Source: Octopus sinensis
Lineage: Eukaryota
NCBI RefSeq assembly: GCF_006345805.1
Contig: NW_021824448.1
Span: forward strand, 1 to 20,767
Direction of reading: 5' to 3'
DNA: 20,767 nucleotides
Within the stretch, counting starts at the first letter, position 1, and each line of letters starts with the position of its first letter. Shown here piece by piece: positions 11,137-20,767 of this stretch. The position numbers were made by a program, and so were the translations under genes. Under the pieces are notes generated by a model. The model made no database searches, was not told where the DNA came from, and was given only the letters and a program-made list of their open reading frames with translations.

Positions 11137-11389
11137 CGTCACAGAAACCAAGAAACTGGCCCCATGGATCTCTATGACTCGGGGAAGATCTTTATCCTGT
11201 CCTGTCCACATGCTTCCCCATTCTTACCGTTTACCAGTCTCCGTTGCCTAACTTTCCAATCAGCCCAAACAATAATAACATAAAGCTATTTATTAAAATG
11301 TAAACAAAATTGTGCCAGACAGACCTCATTTGCATAATGGTGCAAAGTTCATGACCCGACATTTATTTCGAAAATACTGGCATCTCTCT

Positions 11390-11880
11390 TTCCCCCCTTT
11401 CTCTCTCTCTCTCTATTTATCTGTCTATCCTGCCTATGATTAACTATTTGACTTTCTCTCTCTCACTCTCTCTGTTTCCCTATTGCTCTCTTTCCCTCTC
11501 TCTCTTCCCTCTCTCTTTCCCTCTCTCTCACCATTTCTCCTCTCTCTCTCTGTTTCACTATTACTCTCTTTCTCGCTCTCTCTGTTTCACTATTGCTCTA
11601 TCTTTCTCTCTCTCTGTCTCATTATTGCTCTCCCTCTCTCTATCTCCTCTCTCTCCCCTCCCTCTCTACCCCCCTCTCTCTTTCACTATTGCTCTCTCTC
11701 CCTCTCCCTCTCTCTACCCCATCTCTCTCACCTCTCTCTCACTTTCACTATTGCTCTCTCTCCCTCTCTCTCTGTTTCACCATTGCTCTCTCTTTTCTCT
11801 CTCCCTCTGTTTCACCATTGCTCTTTCTCACTCTTTCTCTCTTTCACTATTGCTCTCTCTCTCACCCTCCCTCTTTTCTT
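11390..11880. repeat. CT-rich compound minisatellite with recurring TTTCAC(T/C)ATTGCTCT motif
   Basis: About nine copies of the anchor motif separated by variable (CT)n. Confidence 0.9.
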
Positions 11881-12024
11881 TAATCAATCATCGTCTCTGA
11901 AAAGAATCGATCAATCAACTATACAGATCACCGTGTGCATTAATCTAAATCTGAGTATATACCCCCCCCTACTGATGCACAAACACGCGCGCACACACTA
12001 GTGTACACAAGGGTATGTTTACAC

Positions 12025-12150
12025 ATTACCAAACATATTGTTTCGGGTTCAGTCCTACTGCGTGGTGCCTTGGCCAAATATCTTCTACTATAATCTGGGC
12101 CGATCAAAGCCTTATGGGTGAATTTGGTAGACGGAAACTGAAGCTCGTCG
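12025..12150 (+). mobile_element. SINE family A, 5' fragment with B box
   Basis: gggttcagtcctactgcgtgg..ccttggccaa..tcttctactata..gggccgatcaaagcc..tttggtagacggaaactgaa matches the reverse complement of 5280-5400. Confidence 0.8.
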
Positions 12151-12905
12151 AGTTAGTCACGGTTGGAATCTCTTTTGATCTTAAGTCTGCTCGTTCAGAG
12201 TTCATTGGATTACTAAAATACGACAACAGCAACATTCATTTCCATACTTTTGTCCAACGATAAACCACGACAATAATTCGATCTGCTGGGGAAAAAATTC
12301 AATCCCAAATTCTTCATTGGATAATAATACATTGGATAGTGTAGTCCTAGATAGATTATGTCTGAAAAATACGGATTTATTGCAAGTGATATTCGCCTTC
12401 AACATCTACTTTCAGACGAGTTAGTAGTCTGCAAGCACAAGATTCTGACCAATCCAATTTTATCGTTTGTCTCCTCTATCCGTGACAAGACCAACAGCTT
12501 GTCTAAATCTAATATTTTTATCTGGATGGATTTTTCATTAACTCCGGAAGTGTGCGTCTCTCACCCGCAGATCCTCTAACACGATAAGGCACTGCAGCTT
12601 TCGGTTTTAGTTCTGCACGACCTGAGCTGACTTAGAGCACCAGCGAGAAGAATTGTCAGCGCTATTACAATTGCCACCAAAAGCACTTCAACTAAAACCA
12701 GGAATATGTTTTGAAGAATCTCTAACATGCTCTGTGAAGCATTTCCTCCTGGCTGTGCGCCACTTACAAATATTCACTTTCTACGTGTTGCTATACCGAT
12801 TATCTCTATAACATTCTCGAACGATGAAATATCAGCATCATTAATTTATGCAGTATTCCTAACACAATTTACGATTTATTTTCACATGGCTACATGTCTC
12901 TTATA

Positions 12906-13322
12906 TATTTCTTTACTGCCCACAGGGGGCTAAACATAGAGGGGACAAACAAGGACAGACAAACGGATTAAGTCGATTACATCGACCCCAGTGCGAAACT
13001 GGTACTTTATTTATCGACCCTGAAAGGACAAAGGCAAAGTCGACTTTGGCGGAATTTGAACTCAGAACGTAATGACAGAAGAAATACCTATTTCTTTACT
13101 ACCCCCAAGGGGCTAAACACAGAGAGGACAAATAAGGACAGACAAACGGATTAAGGCGATTATATCGACCTAGTGCGTAACTGGTACTTATTTAATCAAC
13201 CCCGAAAGGATGAAAGGCAAAGTCGACCTCGGCGGAATTTGAACTCAGAACGTAACGACAGACGAAATACCGCTAAGCATTTCGTCCGGCGTGCTAACGA
13301 TTCTGCCAGCTCACCACCTTAT
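12906..13322 (-). mobile_element. SINE family D, tandem (head + body + body) insertion with 20-bp TSD
   Basis: A-box-like 13298-13308 and B box 13234-13246; the body is repeated (12906-13087 and 13088-13270); TSD ATGGCTACATGT(C/T)TCTTATA at 12886-12905 and 13323-13342. Confidence 0.93.
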
Positions 13323-14187
13323 ATGGCTACATGTTTCTTATAACTATTCCCTTTCTACACACAGCTCTATCTATTATTCTTATTACATTCTGTATAACAC
13401 GACTGTTTCCACCAGTAATTTTTGTATTTATGACTCATTTCCACATGTCTATACGCCGCTTATAACAATGCACTTTCTATGTGCGGCTGTACCTGTCGCT
13501 TCCATGCCGTTCTATAACACAACAGCTTATAACTTCAATAAACTCTGCAATTTTCACTCCTTGACGATGACTGTTACCTAAAATGCTGCGTGTTTCACCA
13601 TCCTCACAACAAACTATTTTATTCCGCCTTTGAACTGTCTCAGCTCATTAATTGCAGGCGCAAACTACCGTGAGTTCCTTCAGACCCTCCTACTTACTTA
13701 ATAAAAGAAAGTAGTTAAATTCTAAATTTATAGCGGAAGAACACCAAATGGAACAAGGTGGCATTAACGTATGCTAGTTTTTTTGGGGGGAAAGTGGTTA
13801 AATTTTGAGCTTTTCAATAAAAACAACTGACCCGAACTCTGAAATGATATACTGTAACAGTTCTTCACGCTACTGCCTGCACCATTTCAATAAATTCAAT
13901 AACAGAAGCAAAAATCGATAAAATTCAAATGTTTCTTCTTTATTTCCATTCTGTCCTCTGCAAGACACTGATTTGTGCTTGGACGATTCCATTAGTATAG
14001 CCGTTATTCTTTGATCAGTGACTGGTAACATCTCACTTAATCCTTCAATTCTGGAAAAATGAATGTTGCAGGTGGTTTATCCACGACCCATATCATGGAA
14101 CAACATGGTCGTTCCTGAAAGACAGAAAGAGAGAGAGGAAAATTGAAACAAACTGACGGACAGACAGATAGGAAAACAGACAGACCG

Positions 14188-14262
14188 AGCGGCATTTCGT
14201 CTGTCTTTACGTTCTGAGTTCAAATTCCGCCGGGTCAACTTTGCCTCACATCTTTTCGGGGA
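14188..14262 (+). mobile_element. SINE family D, B-box-containing fragment
   Basis: gcggcatttcgtctgtctttacgttctgagttcaaattccgccg.ggtcaactttgcct matches the reverse complement of 13200-13275. Confidence 0.85.
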
Positions 14263-14889
14263 TATACAAAGCAACTTCAATTTCTTACATTTTCCTTCTT
14301 TTTTTTTTTGTCTCAAAACCACAGATTAGTTTTTAATGCACATACTTATTTCCAACAGACACTTCAAGCATTTTCTTTCTCGTGAATATGGAAAATATTA
14401 TATATATGCTCAAATAAATGAAGAAAAAAATAAATGAGTCACAGAATACCAGATGCAAAACACACAATTTTAATTGAAAAATTCTTCTTAGAGGAAGAAA
14501 CGAAATACCTACCGGTAATTCTTAACGACTCGCAAGAGAAAAGGGAGGCAATTCAAAGACACTCGAAAAAGTCGATTCTTAGAATCAAGTTTTTAATGAA
14601 ATATTTTGCCTCTTTTCGTTGTTTGTTGTAGTTAAATGTAGACATCATATCTACGACTCTGCTATATTTTCTATGTATGTGTCTCTATGTGTTGCTATGT
14701 ATGTATAGCTACGTATGGTATTATGTGTGTGTGTTTAAGTAACGGTGACACTATATGTATGTGTGTCGAAACGTGTGTATGTGTTTGTGTCTGTCTGTCT
14801 GTCTGTGTATGTGGACGTAAGTTGGTCCGGTTGAACCCTGTGTGAAAACGTGACTAAACAAATATTAAATTCGAGAAGACTACGTTACT

Positions 14890-15305
14890 GTTGTTATTAC
14901 TATTGTTGCTGTCGATGATAATGATAATAATGAAGATGATGGTGATGACGAAGGTTCATAAAGATGAGGATGGTTTTTTGATACCAGTAATGGTTATCAA
15001 ATATTAGTAGGACTATTACTATCAATATTGTAACTATTGGAGTATTCCTGTTCTTCTTTTTATTATTATTACATCATCATTATTATCATTATTATTATTA
15101 GAAAATCTTCGTTATTATAATGATCAACACTTTTGATATTATCATTCATGAAGAGCACCATCATCAAGATCAACATCTTCATCAACAACATCATCATCAT
15201 CATCATCATCATGGACGTCGCCTTCGATATGAACCTTATTATCATTAATATCGTTATTTGACGTTATTATCATTATCGTTATTACTGTTATCAATAATAA
15301 TAGTA

Positions 15306-15337
<32 letters not shown>

Positions 15338-15410
15338 ATCGTTAGTCTTATCATTATTATGGGTTTTCAGTCGTAGTTGTTGTTGTTGTTGTTGTTGTAG
15401 TTGTGGTTGT
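14890..15410. repeat. Degenerate trinucleotide tracts (GAT/ATT/CAT/GTT)n
   Basis: Visible directly in the sequence. Confidence 0.85.
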
Positions 15411-15549
15411 TATTGTCCGCCGAGGTCATACGTGATTGCCACACGGTCTGGTAGGCAATTGATTGATTTTTAGGGAACTGGGGAAAGAAGAGGAGGAAAA
15501 GGTAGAGAGAAAAAGAGAGAGATTAAGAGAAAGAGAAAGAAAGAAGACT

Positions 15550-15745
15550 TCTATATACAGAGATATATGCACACATATTTATATATATGTATGTATATAT
15601 ATTTATATATTATATATATATATATATATATACATAAACATATAGTATATAATATATATAAAAATCTGTATATATATACGTATACATATAATATATAATA
15701 TATATATATGCTTATATAAACATTATAATATATATATATGTATAC

Positions 15746-15792
<47 letters not shown>

Positions 15793-16102
15793 TATAATAT
15801 ATAATATATATATGCTTATATAAACATTATATTGTGTGTATATTGATATATATATATATACATATATATATATACATCATTATATATATGATATACATCT
15901 TCTAAGTATGGATATATATGTGTGTGTCTGTGTGTACGCGAAGGTCTGTATGTGTGTTGGGGTCATTATTTTGTGTTGTTTTTCTTTTCTTTTTTAGTTC
16001 TTGCTCGTCTTCAACTTCATCAACATCTCAACATCTGTTATAGCTACTCCTCTTCATCTTCATTGCTTTCTCATAATATATATATATATATATATATTAT
16101 AT

Positions 16103-16142
<40 letters not shown>

Positions 16143-16178
16143 ACACTATATACACATATATATGTATATGGATATATT

Positions 16179-16222
<44 letters not shown>

Positions 16223-16585
16223 ATATATAAATTTATATATATTTTACATATATGTCGCTATTTGTGTCTCTGTGTGTATACATATGTACATGCATACATT
16301 TATACTATATATATAATATACATATATATACACATATGTATATTAAAAAAACACACACATATATCCACACATACATACATATATATATTCATATGCAATT
16401 ATATACCATTGGCAAATATACAGTCCATAAACATACTCACTTCATATATATATATATATATATAATATATATATATATCATTACATATATATTTGTATAT
16501 ATTTATATGACTGTGTCTAAGTGTACGTGAGTGCGAGTATCTGTCTGCGTGTGTTTACATATATATACATATATTATATATATAT

Positions 16586-16629
<44 letters not shown>

Positions 16630-16705
16630 CACATATATTTATATATATATGTATGTATGTATGTATGTATATATATATATATATAAATGAATATATATAT
16701 ATATA
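15550..16705. repeat. (TA)n-dominated microsatellite block (interrupted at ~15930-16075)
   Basis: Visible directly in the sequence. Confidence 0.9.
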
Positions 16706-16829
16706 TGGCCACCGTTTTCTACTAAAAACCGCCATTAACTCACTGAACCTCGAACGATTTCGTTTGTTGTAAACACTTAAAGAGACAAAAGTTCATACGT
16801 GCGCTTACGCTCCCCTGGACACACAGACA

Positions 16830-17429
16830 TTCAATTTCAAATAACATATACACACTCACGCACACACTCTGTAATGGGTGTGCGTGTACGTTTGTATGCG
16901 TGTGCGTGTGTCCGTGTAATGCACACACATACGCACATACACTCACACACATTTATATATGTTTTCATGTATGTAAGTATTCACTGCAATAAAAACACAC
17001 GCGCGGATAATATACATAAAAATAGACAGCTGGATAGATATATAGGTATGTGCATTGATAGGTGGATGGAGAGATACATGCGTACATACATATATACATA
17101 GGTAGATAGACAGATAGAGAAAACGATGGACAGATAGATAGACAGATAGAGAGAGAGAGAGAAAGAGAGATAGACACGTGTGATACGTGCGAATACATAT
17201 ATACATATATCTATATTTATATATATATATAGAGATGTATACGAACATATTTATCCATATACATATGTTTGTATATGCTTATGTACGTAACTATATGTAT
17301 ATATACATACATGCACTTGCATGTATATGCGTATATATATGTATATTTATATATATAGGTATAATAATATGTGTGTGTGTTTGTACTTATATATTTATAC
17401 ACACAGATATACAGATAGATAGATAGGTA

Positions 17430-17477
<48 letters not shown>

Positions 17478-17486
17478 ATAGGTAGG

Positions 17487-17561
<75 letters not shown>

Positions 17562-17900
17562 GTAGATAGATAGATAGATATATAGATAGATAGATACATA
17601 GATACATACATACATACATACATACATACATACATACATAGACAGACATATATAGAGATATAAATATAAGTAGCATACATATGTATAAATACATATATAT
17701 ATATATTACATATATATATATATATATTATATATATATATTATATATATTATATATTATATATAATATATATACATATATTTAGACATACATACATACAT
17801 ACACACATACATACATATACATACTACATACATACATACATACATACATACATACATACATCATACTTGCATGCATATATACTAGAAACATACACATTAT
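16830..17900. repeat. Mixed microsatellites including long (AGAT)n at ~17410-17595 and (ACAT)n
   Basis: Visible directly in the sequence. Confidence 0.92.
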
Positions 17901-18092
17901 AAAAAGAACCGTTAGCGCAGATAAATGGCAGAGAGATTTTGATAGCGAGCTAAATCAAAATGGCTTCAGTGTTTAAAACTTCTGACTGAATTCCTGGCCG
18001 TGCGTTTCTTTGTTATGTGTTGAGTATTTGATGTTGTGTGTTCTGTCTATTAAAAGTTTTCTCTCGTGCCAGGCGTCGTGTATTGTTTTCAG

Positions 18093-18188
18093 GTATGAAA
18101 GAAATTTTAGTTTAATGGCGTATCACTTACAATATTGTATCAGTCGAAGGAGGCTATTACGGTTTTTAATAAATTTTCTCTGCGAAAG
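18093..18188 (+). other. Candidate 96-nt exon; unverified
   Basis: ttgttttcag|G acceptor and AAG|GTACGT donor; only the phase-2 frame is open (YERNFSLMAYHLQYCISRRRLLRFLINFLCE); no recognisable homology. Confidence 0.15.
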
Positions 18189-18477
18189 GTACGTATATGT
18201 ATGTATGTGTGTGTATGTGTATGTGTGTATCTGTTTGTGAGTGTGAGTGTGCATGCGTGTGTGTTTCCGTATGTGTGTGTTTCTGTGTGTATGTGTATGT
18301 AGGAATTCTTTAATGTGGCAGTCACTTACTTGAAATGGTAAACATCAACAGGAGCGGCAATAATATTGGTGATGTTGATAATAATGACAAAAACAACAAC
18401 AACAACAGCGATAATAATGATAATAATAATAATATAATAATAATAATAATAATAGGATGTTAATAATAATAAGTTGG

Positions 18478-18600
18478 AATTTACAAAAAAACAAAACATG
18501 AAGACAGGTGTATAAACAACAAACAGGTGTATTAGTTTAACACTCGGGAAGGTGAGAAAGTCTTTTGTGTTTCGAGCCTACTCTCTTCAACAGAAAAGAA
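18478..18600 (-). mobile_element. Interspersed repeat with hammerhead-like core (putative Penelope-like terminal repeat), copy 1
   Basis: Aligns end to end with 19915-20034; the minus strand reads TCTTTT-CTGTTGA-A-GAG-agtagg-CTC-GAAAC-AC-AAAAGA. Confidence 0.55.
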
Positions 18601-18809
18601 CACGATGAAATAAACAGAGAGAGAATAAAAAAGCTTTAGTGGTTATCGATCGATCACGGCGGATGCCTGGACGAAGGTGGTCAGACAGGAGAGCTAAGAA
18701 GTAGAAGAGTATGAATTTCATTGCCACTCGCGCACCGGATAAACAGTCAGAGTTATCGGAAAACGACGGAAGAACCGACATTGAAGTCTGTAGCGAGAAA
18801 ATGACTAAT

Positions 18810-18822
18810 ATATATATATATT

Positions 18823-18879
<57 letters not shown>

Positions 18880-19112
18880 ATAGATATAGATAGATAGATA
18901 GATAGATAGATACATACATACATACATACATACATACATACATACATACATACATACTACACAACATACATACATACATACATACATACATACATACATA
19001 CATGCATGTATGCATATATACATACATACATACATACATACACACATACATATATACATACATATATACATACATACATACATACATACATACACATATA
19101 TACATACATACA
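18810..19112. repeat. (TA)-(TG)-(AGAT)-(ACAT)n compound microsatellite
   Basis: Visible directly in the sequence. Confidence 0.92.
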
Positions 19113-19325
19113 ACAGAACCAAATAATTCCTTGCACCCACAATATTATTTCTTCAGATCTGCTACTACCTAGCGAACCTTCACTAAGGAAATGATAGAGA
19201 GAGACAGAGAGACAGACAGACATTAAAATGGAATGCCCTATGTATTTGAAGACTATGGAAATATTTACAAAACAATTCATTTAATTTTTTCTTGAATTTA
19301 ATTATTTTCCTTGTTTTTCTCTTAG

Positions 19326-19384
19326 TTGAAAAAGTCGAAAAAGCTGAAACCTGTGCTAACCTTTACAAATGTATTTCATCATAA
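19326..19384 (+). other. Candidate short exon (phase 1: EKVEKAETCANLYK[CISS*]); unverified
   Basis: Strong acceptor ttttccttgtttttctcttag ending at 19325; either a weak GTATTT donor at 19371 or TAA at 19382-19384. Confidence 0.2.
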
Positions 19385-19473
19385 AATTAATTCAATATTT
19401 TCTACCTTGTTTTTTTTCAAATTATATATATATATCTATATATATATACTTTATTTTAAGCAGCAAAAATTCA

Positions 19474-19524
19474 ACAAATCTGTTACTCTGAGTTTCTCGT
19501 TGCCGTTCATCAGACAGTTTTTGC
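19474..19524 (-). ncRNA. Minimal type I hammerhead ribozyme motif (left arm, minus strand)
   Basis: GCAAAAACUGU-CUGAUGA-ACG-GCAA-CGA-GAAA-CUC-A-GAG-UA^ACAG; core at 19507-19513; predicted cut between 19484 and 19483. Confidence 0.62.
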
Positions 19525-19533
19525 TAGAATCTA

Positions 19534-19586
19534 GCAAAAACTGTCTGATGAACGGCAAACGAGAAACTCAGAGTAACAGATTTTGT
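19534..19586 (+). ncRNA. Minimal type I hammerhead ribozyme motif (right arm, plus strand)
   Basis: CUGAUGA 19545-19551, GAAA 19563-19566, stem III ACUC/GAGU around a 1-nt loop, GUA cleavage triplet 19573-19575, stem I CUGU/ACAG + CAAAA/UUUUG; stem II is weak (2 bp plus an A.A mismatch). Confidence 0.65.
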
Positions 19587-19748
19587 TGAATTTTCTGCTG
19601 CTTAAAATAAAGCATATTACTCTAACCTACACTGGTATTTGAGTACTCTTTTTTCCACCTTGTTTCACATTTATGTGTTTACTCCGGTATATATAATATA
19701 TATAATATAGTATGTATATATATATGGGTATATATATATATAAGTATC

Positions 19749-19781
<33 letters not shown>

Positions 19782-19914
19782 ATGTATATATATATGTGTG
19801 TGTGTGTTTGTGTGTGTATAGCATGAACAACTATATTCTACTAAATTGATATTTTAGACGGAAACTAAAAGAAGCCTCTTAAATGTATGTATACATATAT
19901 GTATATATAGTTCA

Positions 19915-20034
19915 AATTTACAGAAAAACAAAAGACGAAGCCAGATGAGAGAACAACAAGCAGGTGTGTCATTTTGACGCCCTGCAAGAATGGAAAAGTC
20001 TTTGACGTTCTGAGCTTAAGTTATTCCATAGAAA
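19915..20034 (-). mobile_element. Interspersed repeat with degenerate hammerhead-like core, copy 2
   Basis: Homologous to 18478-18600 (about 70% by eye); core decayed to CTATGGA...GCTC-AGAAC-GTC. Confidence 0.5.
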
Positions 20035-20192
20035 TGGTTGAGATGAAACAACTGAAGAGAGAGAGAGAGAGCGAAAGAAACGATGAGAGACGAAAATGTG
20101 TAGGAATTAACGGTTCGACATGATCAAATGTTTGGGTGAGAGAGAGAGAGAGTGTGTGGTGTGTGTGTGTGTGTGTGTGTGCACGCGCGCTT

Positions 20193-20258
20193 GTGTGTTC
20201 CTGTGTTTGCCCATCACTACCGCCTAACAACCGGTGTTGGCGCGTTTATGCCCCGTAA
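20193..20258 (+). mobile_element. SINE family A, diverged internal fragment
   Basis: ctgtgtttgccc..cgcctaacaaccggtgttggcgcgtttatgccccgtaa matches 4410-4468. Confidence 0.6.
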
Positions 20259-20767
20259 AAAGGTTAAAGTGTATAGTCCGTTGTTATTCAACAAATGCAT
20301 TTTATATATCTTTCTTCTTTTTGGTTTTCTTTGGTTTTCAGAACTTTTTTTTTTAAATCTATACATATGTTTTTTTACATAACCTTATAGTCTTCTGCCA
20401 AGCTCTTTTCAATGACCCTACCCCGCTCCCCAATCGCTTGTATATATATAAATAAACTCCTTTTAATCAGTTACCGAGGAATTAGGTGCATAAAACGCCA
20501 AGCAGTACTTCATATTGCTTTGAAAAAAGACTCTTCTTCGCCATTGAACCGTAAGAGCCACTTCCTTTCGCTTAATTAGAACCAGACATTTACATTCAAT
20601 CGATATCAGAAATCCGTTAGGTGTGTGTTGATGTGAGCGAGTACATATGTGTGTTTGTGTCTCTTTCTCTTGTGTATGTAGGCAAAGAATATTAATATTG
20701 ATTAGGAAACAGACATACTCTTGCTTTGAGAATAAAGTCCCTTGAGATATTTACTTCGCATCAAGCG

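Larger units (their letters stand above)
19449..19612. repeat. Near-perfect inverted repeat (80/83-nt arms, centre at 19529)
   Basis: By manual alignment the arms are exact reverse complements except for three single-base indels. Confidence 0.97.
19449..19688 (+). mobile_element. Putative Penelope-like element terminal repeat with inverted 5' duplication
   Basis: Hammerhead motif, AATAAA at 19606-19611, unique continuation to ~19688 then (TA)n. The inverted 5' segment fits known PLE insertion structure. No RT or GIY-YIG coding sequence is present. Confidence 0.55.

Noticed and set aside
11480-11860. CRISPR-like repeat-spacer appearance of the anchor motif
   Set aside because: Spacers are (CT)n slippage variants rather than unique sequences; eukaryotic context, no cas genes
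12154-12640. Scrambled family-C repeat fragments and ORFs 12202-12405 and 12358-12579
   Set aside because: Similarity rests on recall and is too patchy to set boundaries; the ORFs have no recognisable motifs
13493-13577. Minus-strand 85-nt exon (NSHRQGVKIAEFIEVISCCVIERHGSD)
   Set aside because: Poor polypyrimidine tract, weak GTACAG donor and no homology
19545-19575. Viroid-like or ambisense replicon interpretation of the two-strand hammerheads
   Set aside because: Both polarities arise trivially from the inverted duplication; there is no tandem monomer repeat or other evidence of a circular RNA

Overview
Eukaryotic, very AT-rich, microsatellite-saturated non-coding DNA (intronic or intergenic). 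The SINE families and the density of simple repeats match what I recall of Octopus genomes; this taxon call is recall, not a search result. No protein-coding gene can be called with confidence, and nearly all listed ORFs are translations of (TA)n/(TG)n/(AAT)n/(CT)n tracts. Supported content: (1) three tRNA-derived SINE families, labelled here A, B and D, as full-length, deleted, dimeric and 5'-truncated copies, two with target-site duplications (TSDs); (2) a decayed, internally deleted mariner transposase at ~10.35-11.14 kb with a nested SINE; (3) a CT-rich minisatellite; (4) a near-perfect 164-bp palindrome at 19449-19612 whose arms each carry a minimal type I hammerhead-ribozyme motif, one per strand, of the kind associated with Penelope-like retroelements (PLEs); (5) two diverged copies of a second repeat with a degenerate hammerhead-like core on either side of the palindrome. 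A few unique islands with splice-site-like boundaries are flagged as low-confidence exon candidates.
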